From: an uncultured Clostridia bacterium | GTDB lineage: Bacteria > Acidobacteriota > Aminicenantia > UBA2199 | Assembly: GCA_964465065.1 (NCBI GenBank) | Contig: CAYXHZ010000003.1 | Location: 9,975-73,974 of the forward strand | Length of the DNA stretch: 64,000 bases | Direction of reading: 5' to 3' | Translations under genes and position numbers: made by a program | Notes under the pieces: generated by a model | Told to the model about the DNA's origin: nothing | Databases searched by the model: none | The model's input: the letters and a program-made list of their open reading frames with translations, nothing else | Part shown: positions 1 through 8,896 of the stretch, in pieces | Layout of the letters: each line of letters begins with the position of its first letter | Numbering within the stretch: position 1 is the stretch's first letter

Positions 1-1
1 C

Positions 2-484
2 ATCTTCGCCTACTACGTCAAGGACCCCGAACGCTACGGCGTTGTCGAATTCAACGAGGCCGGGCAGGTGCTGTCCATCGAGGAGAAACCTGCCAGGCCC
101 CGTTCCCGCTACGCCGCCGTCGGCCTGTACTACTACGACAACGACGTGGTCCGGCTGGCCAAGTCCATCAAACCCTCCGCCCGCGGTGAAATCGAGATCA
201 CCGACCTCAACCGCTGTTATCTGCAGCAGGGGAAACTGACCGTCAAACTGATGGGCCGCGGTTTCGCCTGGCTGGACACCGGTACCCACGAGTCTTTCCT
301 GGACGCCTCGACCTTCGTCAAGACCATCGAGGATCGCCAGGGCCTCAAGATCGCCTGTATCGAGGAGATCGCCTACAACCTGGGCTACATCGATCTGGAG
401 GGCCTCAAAAAGGCCGTCGAACCGGTTTCCAAGAGCAGTTACGGCGAATACCTGCAGCAGATCATCGACCAGTCCGGAGGCTGA
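2..484 (+). CDS. rmlA: Glucose-1-phosphate thymidylyltransferase, 5'-truncated by the window edge
   Basis: Frame open from base 2 (IFAYYVKDPERYGVVEF...EEKP...KPSARGEIEITD...GRGFAWLDTGTHESFLDAS) matches RmlA/RfbA motifs. Confidence 0.97.
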   Translation: MFAYYVKDPERYGVVEFNEAGQVLSIEEKPARPRSRYAAVGLYYYDNDVVRLAKSIKPSARGEIEITDLNRCYLQQGKLTVKLMGRGFAWLDTGTHESFLDASTFVKTIEDRQGLKIACIEEIAYNLGYIDLEGLKKAVEPVSKSSYGEYLQQIIDQSGG

Positions 485-490
485 CATACC

Positions 491-1051
491 ATGCCCTGCA
501 GTTTTTATCCCTGTCAATCCATCCAAGGCCCCGTGGTCGTCGAACCGCGTCTCTTCTCCGACAAGCGCGGCTTCTTCATGGAGACCTTCAAGCGAAGCGA
601 ATTCATGCAAGCCGGCATCGAAGTGGATTTCGTCCAGGACAACCAGTCCCTGTCCGTCGGTCCGGTCATCCGCGGCCTGCATTTCCAGCTGCCGCCCCGT
701 CAGCAGGGCAAACTGCTGCGGGCCGTCGAAGGGCGGATCTGGGACCTGGCCGTCGACCTGCGCCCGGACTCGCCCACCTTCCTGCGCTGGCTGGCGGTGG
801 AACTCGACGACCAAAGCAACCGCATGTTCTACATCCCGCCCGGCTTCGCCCACGGCTTCGCCACCCTGAGTCCGCGGGCGCAGCTCTTCTACAAATGCAG
901 CGCCGAATACGATCCGCAGCTGGACAGCGGTATCCGCTGGAACGACCCGACTCTGGCCATTCCCTGGCCGATCGACGACGCGCAGATTTCCGCCAAAGAC
1001 AACGATCTGCCGCTGCTGGACAGCGATTTCTTCCGGAGTCTCCGATGGTAA
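491..1051 (+). CDS. rmlC: dTDP-4-dehydrorhamnose 3,5-epimerase
   Basis: DKRGFFMETF, VQDNQSLS, IRGLHFQ, FYIPPGFAHGF and GIRWNDP motifs. Confidence 0.97.
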   Translation: MPCSFYPCQSIQGPVVVEPRLFSDKRGFFMETFKRSEFMQAGIEVDFVQDNQSLSVGPVIRGLHFQLPPRQQGKLLRAVEGRIWDLAVDLRPDSPTFLRWLAVELDDQSNRMFYIPPGFAHGFATLSPRAQLFYKCSAEYDPQLDSGIRWNDPTLAIPWPIDDAQISAKDNDLPLLDSDFFRSLRW

Positions 1052-1938
1052 GCCCGGCTCCGGTCTGGCTGGTCGGCTGCAACGGCATGCTCGGTCGTCA
1101 GCTGCAACGCCGCTTCCAACGCACCAACACCCCGCTCATCGCCAGCGACCGGGAAGTGGACATCTGCGACATCGACGCCCTGCGTCGCTTTACAGAGCGC
1201 AAACCCTGCAGCTGGATCGTCAACTGCGCCGCCTACACCGCCGTCGACGCCGCCGAAAGCGATCGCTACAACGCCTTCGCCCTCAACGCCAAGGGTCCGG
1301 AGAACCTTGCCCTGGTCGCCCGTGAGCTGGATTGTCCGCTGCTGCACATCTCGACCGATTACGTCTTTGACGGCCGGCTCGACCGGCCCTACCGCGAAGA
1401 TGACCCCACCGCGCCGCAATCGGTGTACGGTCAGAGCAAACTGGCCGGTGAACAGGCCGTCAGGTCCGTCGGCCGCGACCACATCATCCTGCGCATCAGC
1501 TGGTTGTACGGCGTCCACGGCAAAAATTTCGTCGAGACCATGTTGCGCCTGTTTCAGGAAAAAGGCCAGGCCCGGGTGGTCAACGACCAGATCGGCGCGC
1601 CGACCTACGCCGCCGTTCTGGCCGACAACATCAGCAGCCTGGTCAGCACCCCGGTCAAGGCCCGCGGCACCTTCCATTACGCCGACGACGGCGAAATCAG
1701 CTGGTACGATTTCGCCTGCGCCATTGCCGAGGAGGCGCTGAGCCAAGGTCTGCTCGGCGAACCGCCCCGGATCGAACCCATCCCCGGCAGCCAGTGGCCC
1801 ACACCGGCCAAACGTCCCGACAATTCCAGGTTCGACAAAGCGAAGGCCAAAACCGAGCTGGCACTGTCCATACTGCCCTGGCGCCGGAATCTGCGCCAGT
1901 ATTTCCAAGAACGGAGGACCCTGCATGCGCAACCCTGA
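1045..1938 (+). CDS. rmlD: dTDP-4-dehydrorhamnose reductase
   Basis: GCNGMLG Rossmann motif, VNCAAYTAVDAAE, HISTDYVFDG, YGQSKLAGE, VVNDQIGAPT. Start placed at ATG 1045, overlapping the rmlC stop. Confidence 0.96.
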   Translation: MVSPAPVWLVGCNGMLGRQLQRRFQRTNTPLIASDREVDICDIDALRRFTERKPCSWIVNCAAYTAVDAAESDRYNAFALNAKGPENLALVARELDCPLLHISTDYVFDGRLDRPYREDDPTAPQSVYGQSKLAGEQAVRSVGRDHIILRISWLYGVHGKNFVETMLRLFQEKGQARVVNDQIGAPTYAAVLADNISSLVSTPVKARGTFHYADDGEISWYDFACAIAEEALSQGLLGEPPRIEPIPGSQWPTPAKRPDNSRFDKAKAKTELALSILPWRRNLRQYFQERRTLHAQP

Positions 1939-3016
1939 CACCCTGTTGATCACCGGTGGCTGCGGCTTCATCGGCGCCAATTTCATCCGCACTCTGCTCA
2001 ACGACTCCGGCTTCCAGGGGCAGATCGTCAACCTGGACAAGCTGACCTACGCCGGCAACCCGCTCAGCCTCGACGACATCGCCGGAACCCGGCCCGACCG
2101 CTACCATTTCGTCAAGGGCGACATCGGCGACAGCGCGCTGCTGCAACAGCTGTTCGACCGTTTCCATTTCGACGCCATCATCCACTTCGCCGCCGAAACC
2201 CATGTCGACCGTTCCATCTTCGGACCGGCGGAATTCATCCAGACCAACATCAACGGCACGTTCACGCTCTTGGAGTGCGCCCGTAAAAACTGGCCGGCCG
2301 GGCAGGGTCTGTTCCACCACATCTCCACCGACGAGGTGTTCGGCTCCCTGGGCCCCGACGGCTATTTCCGCGAAGACACGCCCTACGATCCACGCAGCCC
2401 CTACTCGGCCGCCAAGGCCGCCTCCGATCACCTGGTCAAGGCCTACCATCACACCTACGGCTTGAACATCACCCTGTCCAACTGTTCCAACAACTACGGC
2501 CCCTACCAGTTTCCCGAAAAACTGATCCCCCTGGTCATTCTCAACGCCCTGCAGGGCAAGAAGCTGCCGGTCTACGGCGACGGGCGCAGCATCCGCGACT
2601 GGCTGTACGTGGAGGACCACTGCCGGGCCATCTGGCTGATCGTTCGGCAAGGCCGCAGCGGCGAGACCTACACTGTTGGCGGACGCAGCGAGAAGAACAC
2701 CCTGGAAGTGATCCACCCCATCTGCGACGCCCTGGAAGAAATGGTACCGGCGGCCCAAAACCCCGCACTGCGTGCGCAAGCGGTCACGGAGTATCGCCAG
2801 CTGATCCAGTTCGTCAAGGATCGCCCCGGCCATGACCGTCGTTACGCCATCGATTGCGGCAAGATAGAACGGGAACTGGGCTGGCGGTCCACCGTCAGTT
2901 TCGCCGAAGGCCTCAAGAAGACCGTCCGCTGGTACCTCGACAATCCGACCTGGGTCGACAGCATCCAGAGCGGCGCCTACCGCCAGTGGATCGAGCAGCA
3001 GTACGGTAAAAGCTAG
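1925..3016 (+). CDS. rmlB: dTDP-glucose 4,6-dehydratase
   Basis: TGGCGFIG, HFAAETHVDRSI, HISTDEVFG, PYSAAKAASD, NNYGPYQFPEKLIP, DRPGHDRRYA. Confidence 0.97.
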   Translation: MRNPDTLLITGGCGFIGANFIRTLLNDSGFQGQIVNLDKLTYAGNPLSLDDIAGTRPDRYHFVKGDIGDSALLQQLFDRFHFDAIIHFAAETHVDRSIFGPAEFIQTNINGTFTLLECARKNWPAGQGLFHHISTDEVFGSLGPDGYFREDTPYDPRSPYSAAKAASDHLVKAYHHTYGLNITLSNCSNNYGPYQFPEKLIPLVILNALQGKKLPVYGDGRSIRDWLYVEDHCRAIWLIVRQGRSGETYTVGGRSEKNTLEVIHPICDALEEMVPAAQNPALRAQAVTEYRQLIQFVKDRPGHDRRYAIDCGKIERELGWRSTVSFAEGLKKTVRWYLDNPTWVDSIQSGAYRQWIEQQYGKS

Positions 3017-3033
3017 GGCCCGACCGGAACAAA

Positions 3034-3822
3034 TCAGCGGATCGTCTGGACGTGCTTGCGCTGGGATCGGGGGATGTCCAGTTCGGGATCCCCGCGGTAG
3101 TAGAGATCGCCGTGACTGGTGATCGAGGCTTCCAGGCGCCGGGTGGCGTGCACCTTGGCCGTCCCGTGGCTGCTGAGATCGACGACGGCGTCCCGGCTTT
3201 CCAATCCTTCGGCCAGATAATCGCCGTGACTGGACAGGTTGATCTCCTGGCTGTCGACTTGACCGGAACGGATCTGCACCAGACCGTGGCTGCTCATCTC
3301 GGTCCGCAGGCGTTCGGCGGCCAGCTTGCCGATGCGCAGATCGCCGTGGCTGCTCAGGTCGATTTCCACCCGCTCGGCCTTGATCTCTCCGATTTCGACT
3401 TCTCCATGGCTGCTCAGCTCGACGCTGACCCGCTGGCCCTTGAGCTCGGGGACGCTGATATCGCCATGACTGCTGGCCACCAGGTGATCGAGCTGCTCCG
3501 GCAATACCGTCAGGCTGAAACGCATGGGCTTGATGCGACGACTGCCGAACAGCTCCTGCAGCCAGTGCGATGTGCGCTCTTTTTTCCGAATGATCAGGGT
3601 ATCGCCCCGGACCTCGGTGACGATCCGGTCTATGATCTCCTCGTCGGCCTCGACCACGAGTTCGACTTTCTCGCCAAGCTTGACCAGCAATTCTCCATGG
3701 GTGGCCAGCTCGATGCCGCTGAATTCCGTGTTGATCTTGCGCACCTCTTTTTCCTGCCTCGCCGGCAATCCGACTCCCATCCACATCGTCACCGCCAAAA
3801 AAACAGTCCATACCTTTGTCAT
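3034..3822 (-). CDS. Exported DUF2807 / GIN-domain beta-repeat protein
   Basis: N-terminal signal peptide, VRGDTLII segment, ~19-20 aa beta repeats, C-terminal GDLYYRGDP typical of DUF2807. Confidence 0.75.
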   Translation of the reverse strand: MTKVWTVFLAVTMWMGVGLPARQEKEVRKINTEFSGIELATHGELLVKLGEKVELVVEADEEIIDRIVTEVRGDTLIIRKKERTSHWLQELFGSRRIKPMRFSLTVLPEQLDHLVASSHGDISVPELKGQRVSVELSSHGEVEIGEIKAERVEIDLSSHGDLRIGKLAAERLRTEMSSHGLVQIRSGQVDSQEINLSSHGDYLAEGLESRDAVVDLSSHGTAKVHATRRLEASITSHGDLYYRGDPELDIPRSQRKHVQTIR

Positions 3823-3891
3823 GATTACGCCTCCGATTATCCGATCACGTCCAGAAAACGAAAGAAACCGTCTTTTTGTTCCCGGCCGCGT

Positions 3892-3920
3892 TTGACTCCC
3901 GCTGCGGGATCGGCTATATC
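3892..3920 (+). promoter_or_regulatory. Putative sigma70 promoter for the Lon-like gene
   Basis: TTGACT-N17-TATATC, with AAGGAG Shine-Dalgarno before ATG 3954. Confidence 0.45.
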
Positions 3921-3953
3921 ATGTAGCAAAGCGTTCTTTTTTAAGGAGAGACC

Positions 3954-6353
3954 ATGTTCGAAGCCAAACGTGTAGCCAGCCGGGATTTGCGAGGGAGATG
4001 CGACCCCGACCAGTTCACTTTCAAAAACACCGCCGAATTGGAACCCCTCGACCAGGTCATCGGCCAGGAACGCGCCGTCTCGGCCATCCAGTTCGGACTG
4101 GGCATGAAGGGAAACGGCTACAACATTTTCGTCACCGGCCAGGAAGGCACCGGAAAACAGACCATCGTCCGCGACCTGATCAGCCAGTATGCCGCCGGCC
4201 AGCCGGTACCGTCGGACTGGTGCATGGTCAACAATTTCAAGGACGAATTCCGCCCCCTGCCCATCCGCCTGCCTCCGGGCAAGGCCCATGTCTTCGCCAA
4301 GGCCATCAACCGCTTGATCAACAGTCTGCAAATTCGCCTGTCCAGAAAGTTCCAGAACCGCAGCGTCCAGGGCAAGATCATGGAGATACAGTCCCGCAGC
4401 GACCAGCAGCAGCAGATCCTGATGGAGCGGCTCCACAGTCAGGCGGCCGAGAAAGGCCTACAGATCACCAAGACGGCCAACGGCTATCAACCGGTCCCCG
4501 TGATCGACAATCATCTGCTCAGCGAGGAAGAATTCGAAAAACTGCCAGCAGAGCAGAAAAAGGCCCTGGAATCAGCCATGCGTGAGATTCAGGGCGTCAT
4601 GCAATGGACCCAGGGCGAGATCAACAAGATAAACCAGGCCCACAACAAGGCGCTGGACGACCTGATCGAGGAACTGGCCAACAAGGTAGTCGGCGCGCGT
4701 ATCGACACTCTGCGCAGCGAGTACCGGGATAACCGCGAGATTCAGGCCTACCTCAACCAGCTGCAGGGAGCCATCGTCGACGACCTCGACGAGTTCATCG
4801 ACGACGAGGGGGAAGGCCCGAGCGGCGAACCGAGCCACGAGCCCCCCAGAAAACCGGATTTCGACCGCTACCGGGTGAACGTACTGGTCGATCACCGCGG
4901 CGGCAACGGCGCACCGGTCGTCTTCGAGTCCAACCCCAGCTATAAAAATCTGTTCGGACAGATCGAAAGGCGTTTCAGCGTGGAAAACCAGACCAGCGAC
5001 TTCAACATGATCAAGGCCGGCTCGCTGCTGCAGGCCAACGGCGGTTACCTGATCATGGAACTGGAAGCGCTGCTGATGAACCCCTATGCCTGGGAAGCCC
5101 TCAAGCGGGCCTTGCAGACCCGGATGCTGTACATCGAGGACGTTCCCTCCGAAATGGGCCCGGCATCGGTGTCGTTGCGTCCCGAGCCCGTGCCGCTGGC
5201 CATCAAGATCGTCCTGCTCGGCGAATACGATCATTTCGAACAGCTGCAGTCCGAAGACCTCAAGTTCAACAAGCACTTCAAGGTCCGGGCCGATTTCGAT
5301 TACGAGACGCAGCGCACCCCCCAGACCGAGCAGCTTTACGCCCGCTTCGTGGCCCGGGTTTGCCGGCAGGAAGGACTGCTGCCCTTCAACCGCAGGAGCG
5401 TGGCCGCCATCATCGAACTGAGCAGCAAGAGCGTCAGCAACCAGCAGAAGCTGTCCCTGCGCTTCGGCCCCATCGTCGGCATCATCAAGGAAGCCGAGTA
5501 CTGGGCCCGCCGCGAAGGTAAAAAGATCGTCAGCGAAAGTCATGCCCACAAGGCGTTCAGCGAATACCGATTCCGGCACAATATCTATGAAGAGAAGATA
5601 CACGAGTCCTACGCCGACAACACCATCATGATAGACGTCAGCGGCGCCGTGACCGGTCAGATCAACGGCCTGGCCGTCTTCTCGGTGGGCGATCTGGCTT
5701 TCGGCCGGCCGACGCGCATCACCGCCGAAACCTTCATGGGTCCCAGCGGCATCATCAACATCGAACGCGAGGCCGAGATGAGCGGGTCGACCTACGACAA
5801 GGGCGTTATGGTCCTGTCCGGCTACCTGGGCCGCACTTTCGCCCAGAACCACCCCCTCAGCCTGTCGATCAGCCTGGCTTTCGAGCAGAATTACAGCGGC
5901 GTCGACGGCGACAGCGCCTCGTCCACCGAACTCTACGCCATCCTGTCCAGCCTGGCCGAACTGCCGATCCAGCAGGGTATCGCCGTCACCGGATCGGTCA
6001 ATCAGAAAGGGGAAATCCAGGTCATCGGCGGGGTGAACCAGAAGATCGAAGGCTTCTTCGAAGTCTGTCAGAGCAAGGGGCTGACCGGTAAACAGGGCGT
6101 GATCATTCCGGCCGCCAACGTCAAGAACCTGATGCTCAAACGGGAACTGGTCGAAATCATCGACAAGGGACAATTCCACATCTACCAGATCAGCTCCATC
6201 CAGGAAGGCATCGAGATCCTGACCGGTGTGCCGGCCGGGCTGGCCGACGAAAACGGCCGTTTCCCCGCCGACACGGTTTACGGACGGGTGCAAGCGAAGC
6301 TGGAGCGTTTCCTGGAACAATCGCTCAAGCTCAAGGACCGGCCGCTGCGCTGA
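3954..6353 (+). CDS. Lon-like (LonC / AAA_32-type) serine protease
   Basis: IGQERA, GYNIFVTG, coiled-coil insert, KAGSLLQANGGYL, GQINGLAV, catalytic GDSAS serine and GGVNQKIEGFF lysine. Confidence 0.9.
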   Translation: MFEAKRVASRDLRGRCDPDQFTFKNTAELEPLDQVIGQERAVSAIQFGLGMKGNGYNIFVTGQEGTGKQTIVRDLISQYAAGQPVPSDWCMVNNFKDEFRPLPIRLPPGKAHVFAKAINRLINSLQIRLSRKFQNRSVQGKIMEIQSRSDQQQQILMERLHSQAAEKGLQITKTANGYQPVPVIDNHLLSEEEFEKLPAEQKKALESAMREIQGVMQWTQGEINKINQAHNKALDDLIEELANKVVGARIDTLRSEYRDNREIQAYLNQLQGAIVDDLDEFIDDEGEGPSGEPSHEPPRKPDFDRYRVNVLVDHRGGNGAPVVFESNPSYKNLFGQIERRFSVENQTSDFNMIKAGSLLQANGGYLIMELEALLMNPYAWEALKRALQTRMLYIEDVPSEMGPASVSLRPEPVPLAIKIVLLGEYDHFEQLQSEDLKFNKHFKVRADFDYETQRTPQTEQLYARFVARVCRQEGLLPFNRRSVAAIIELSSKSVSNQQKLSLRFGPIVGIIKEAEYWARREGKKIVSESHAHKAFSEYRFRHNIYEEKIHESYADNTIMIDVSGAVTGQINGLAVFSVGDLAFGRPTRITAETFMGPSGIINIEREAEMSGSTYDKGVMVLSGYLGRTFAQNHPLSLSISLAFEQNYSGVDGDSASSTELYAILSSLAELPIQQGIAVTGSVNQKGEIQVIGGVNQKIEGFFEVCQSKGLTGKQGVIIPAANVKNLMLKRELVEIIDKGQFHIYQISSIQEGIEILTGVPAGLADENGRFPADTVYGRVQAKLERFLEQSLKLKDRPLR

Positions 6354-6365
6354 GCGGCCGCCGCC

Positions 6366-8033
6366 TCAACCCCGTGACCGGGTGTACAGGAAGCGCTTGA
6401 TCTTCTTGGTGGGCGTTTTCTCGAACTCTTCGGGAAAAATTTCGATGGCCGATATGCGGCTGAAGATGGGCAATTGCTCGTTGAGAAGATCCAGGTTCTC
6501 CTTCATGCGCGCCTGCAAGCGGGCCTCGTCCATCCCTTCGACATCGACCGTTTCCATGTTGGGATAGACCAGGGCCACCAGTTTGTCTCCCCTCTCGATG
6601 ATCAGGGATTCCTCGACAAAAGGCATGATGTTGAGCCGGGCCTCGATCTCCTCCGGGTAGATGTTCTGGCCCGAAGGACCGAGCAACATGCTCTTGTGCC
6701 GGCCCTTGAGGTAGAGGAAACCGTCTCCGTCCAGGCTGCCGATATCGCCGGTGTGCAGCCATCCGTCCTCGGTGAACGCCTCCCGGCTGGCCACCTCGTT
6801 CTTGTAATAGCCGCTCATGACGTTCTCGCCCCAGACCTGTACCTCTCCGGAACCGTCCGTCGATTGGGTGACGGTTGGATCGATGCGCAGCTTGAGCGTG
6901 TAGATGGGCTTGCCGACCCCGCCCACACGGTGGACGTTCCAGGGGGAATAACTGATCAGGGGGCCGCATTCGGTCATGCCGTAGCCGAGCGTGTAGGGAA
7001 AATTGATGCGGTGCAGAAACGACTCGACCTCGTCGTTTAGGGCCGCTCCGCCAATGACGATCGAAAGGAAGCGGCCGCCGAACACCTCGACCAGTGCGGC
7101 GCGGATCTTGTTGTAAACCAGGTTCCGCAGCCCGGGCACCTTGGTCAGGGCTCGGACGGAAGTCTTGTCCAGTTTGGGTTTGATGTTTTTGCGGTAGAGT
7201 TTCTCGATGACCAGGGGTACGGTCAGGATCAGGTGCGGTCTGACCTGAGCCAGGGCCTGGACCAGGATCTTGGGCGATGGAATCTGGCTGAGGAAAGAAG
7301 TGTGACAGCCGGTGCAGATCGGAAACAGAAAATCGAAGGCGCAGCCGAATGCGTGAGCCGCCGGCAGGAAAGAAAGCAGGTTGTGACCGGCCTTGAGATC
7401 GATGCTGTGCTGGGCGTAGTCGACGTTGGCGGCCAGGCAGTTGTGGGACAGCATGGCCCCCTTGGAGAAACCGGAGGTGCCGGAAGTGTACAGAATGGCG
7501 GCCAGCTCGTCGTTGGCGATTTTGGGCAGTGCGAAGCGCTCGCGCCGGAGCACGCCGCCGAACGGCTCCAGATAGCGGTCTTCGGCCTTCTCGCGCGCCT
7601 TCTGCAATCCCTTCTTGCGCGCCTCGATCAGGTGCAGGTCCTGCAGAGAGATGATCCCCTCCAGGTTCGGCATGCGTGCCTCGTCGAGCTTGTCGAAGAT
7701 GGCGTCGGCGACGAACAGCAGCCGGGCGTCGCAATGGTTGACGATGTGGTGGATATCGCCGCTGTGAAAGTCCGGCAGAACGGGTACGATCACGGCACCG
7801 TAACTGACCGTGGCCAGGTATATCAGGGCCCAGTTCACCGAATTCCGTCCGAGCAGGGCGATCTTGTCGCCATTCTTGATGCCGTATTCGGAGTAAACTG
7901 CATGCACCAGCAGGATACGGTCGGCCAGGCGGCCGTAACTGATCGGCTCTTCCGAATAATTGGACAGGGCCGGCAGGTCCCAGTTGGCACGGATACTGCC
8001 CTGTACCATTTCATTGAAACTCACTTTCATCAT
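6366..8033 (-). CDS. fadD: Long-chain fatty acid-CoA ligase (AMP-binding family)
   Basis: YTSGTSGFSKG A3 motif, GYGMTE, WLHTGDIG, GQNIYPEEIE. Confidence 0.88.
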   Translation of the reverse strand: MMKVSFNEMVQGSIRANWDLPALSNYSEEPISYGRLADRILLVHAVYSEYGIKNGDKIALLGRNSVNWALIYLATVSYGAVIVPVLPDFHSGDIHHIVNHCDARLLFVADAIFDKLDEARMPNLEGIISLQDLHLIEARKKGLQKAREKAEDRYLEPFGGVLRRERFALPKIANDELAAILYTSGTSGFSKGAMLSHNCLAANVDYAQHSIDLKAGHNLLSFLPAAHAFGCAFDFLFPICTGCHTSFLSQIPSPKILVQALAQVRPHLILTVPLVIEKLYRKNIKPKLDKTSVRALTKVPGLRNLVYNKIRAALVEVFGGRFLSIVIGGAALNDEVESFLHRINFPYTLGYGMTECGPLISYSPWNVHRVGGVGKPIYTLKLRIDPTVTQSTDGSGEVQVWGENVMSGYYKNEVASREAFTEDGWLHTGDIGSLDGDGFLYLKGRHKSMLLGPSGQNIYPEEIEARLNIMPFVEESLIIERGDKLVALVYPNMETVDVEGMDEARLQARMKENLDLLNEQLPIFSRISAIEIFPEEFEKTPTKKIKRFLYTRSRG

Positions 8034-8064
8034 GGTTGACTCCTTGAAAAGTCCATTGCGAGTT

Positions 8065-8865
8065 CTATCTGCCGCCGATCTCCCGGAGCCAGGCCTCGGC
8101 CTCGGCCCGGGCGGCCTGGACGCAGGCCTTGCCGGCGCGGTAGAGCAGTTTCCACTCGCCGGGCTTGGCTTCCAGCGCAGGGTCGATAAAGCGACGCAAC
8201 CCGCCGCGCAACTCGGTGCGGGCGTTGAAGTCCACGCTGCCTGAAAGCTCGAGAAAGGACTGCAGGTGACGGGCGATCAAGCGGCGCGGCTCGGCGGGGT
8301 AATCGCGCTCGAAGTCCTGACGCCGGCGCTGGTCATCGGCGGTCTGCTGCCTGGCCTGCTCCTGGTAACCCTGTTTCAACAGCGCCTGGTATTGCGGATT
8401 GTCGAACTGTTCCTTGAACTGACGCTCCATGTCGCGGATGGTCTGTTCCATCTGCGCCCGCATATCGGCCGGCATCTGCTTGAGATTTTTGCGCATCTCC
8501 TCGATCTGCTTGCGGAATTCGCTCTGCTGTCTGGCCAGTTCCTCATCGGCCGACCGGGTTTCCGCAGCGGCCGCCGGTGCGGCCTGACCGCGTCGAGTCC
8601 GGTATTCCTGCACGAATTCGGGACTGGCGGTATAGGAGCGGGCCCAGACGAACACGGCGCGGATCCAGGTAATCCGGGTTGACAAGGGAGCGGCCAGAAA
8701 AACCCGACTGATCTGCCGGTAGGGAAAAGAGGCGCTGAAGACCGCCTCGAGAACGGAGTCTTGAACCTGGTCGGAAGACAGGCCCATCTGGCCGAACACA
8801 TCGTCCTGGGCGAAGGCGCCGCCGATCAGACCGAACAGCAGAATCGGCCAGATTATTCTCTTCAT
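8065..8865 (-). CDS. Hypothetical exported protein with Gln/Glu-rich coiled coil
   Basis: Signal peptide MKRIIWPILLFGLIGGAFA; GAGGAGG SD 8 nt before ATG 8865; coding-like codon usage. Confidence 0.75.
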   Translation of the reverse strand: MKRIIWPILLFGLIGGAFAQDDVFGQMGLSSDQVQDSVLEAVFSASFPYRQISRVFLAAPLSTRITWIRAVFVWARSYTASPEFVQEYRTRRGQAAPAAAAETRSADEELARQQSEFRKQIEEMRKNLKQMPADMRAQMEQTIRDMERQFKEQFDNPQYQALLKQGYQEQARQQTADDQRRRQDFERDYPAEPRRLIARHLQSFLELSGSVDFNARTELRGGLRRFIDPALEAKPGEWKLLYRAGKACVQAARAEAEAWLREIGGR

Positions 8866-8896
8866 TGCCAAGCCTCCTCAAGCGAATACCAGGGAA

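Noticed and set aside
2-3016. Unusual rml order (A-C-D-B)
   Set aside because: rml gene order varies widely between bacteria; not informative alone
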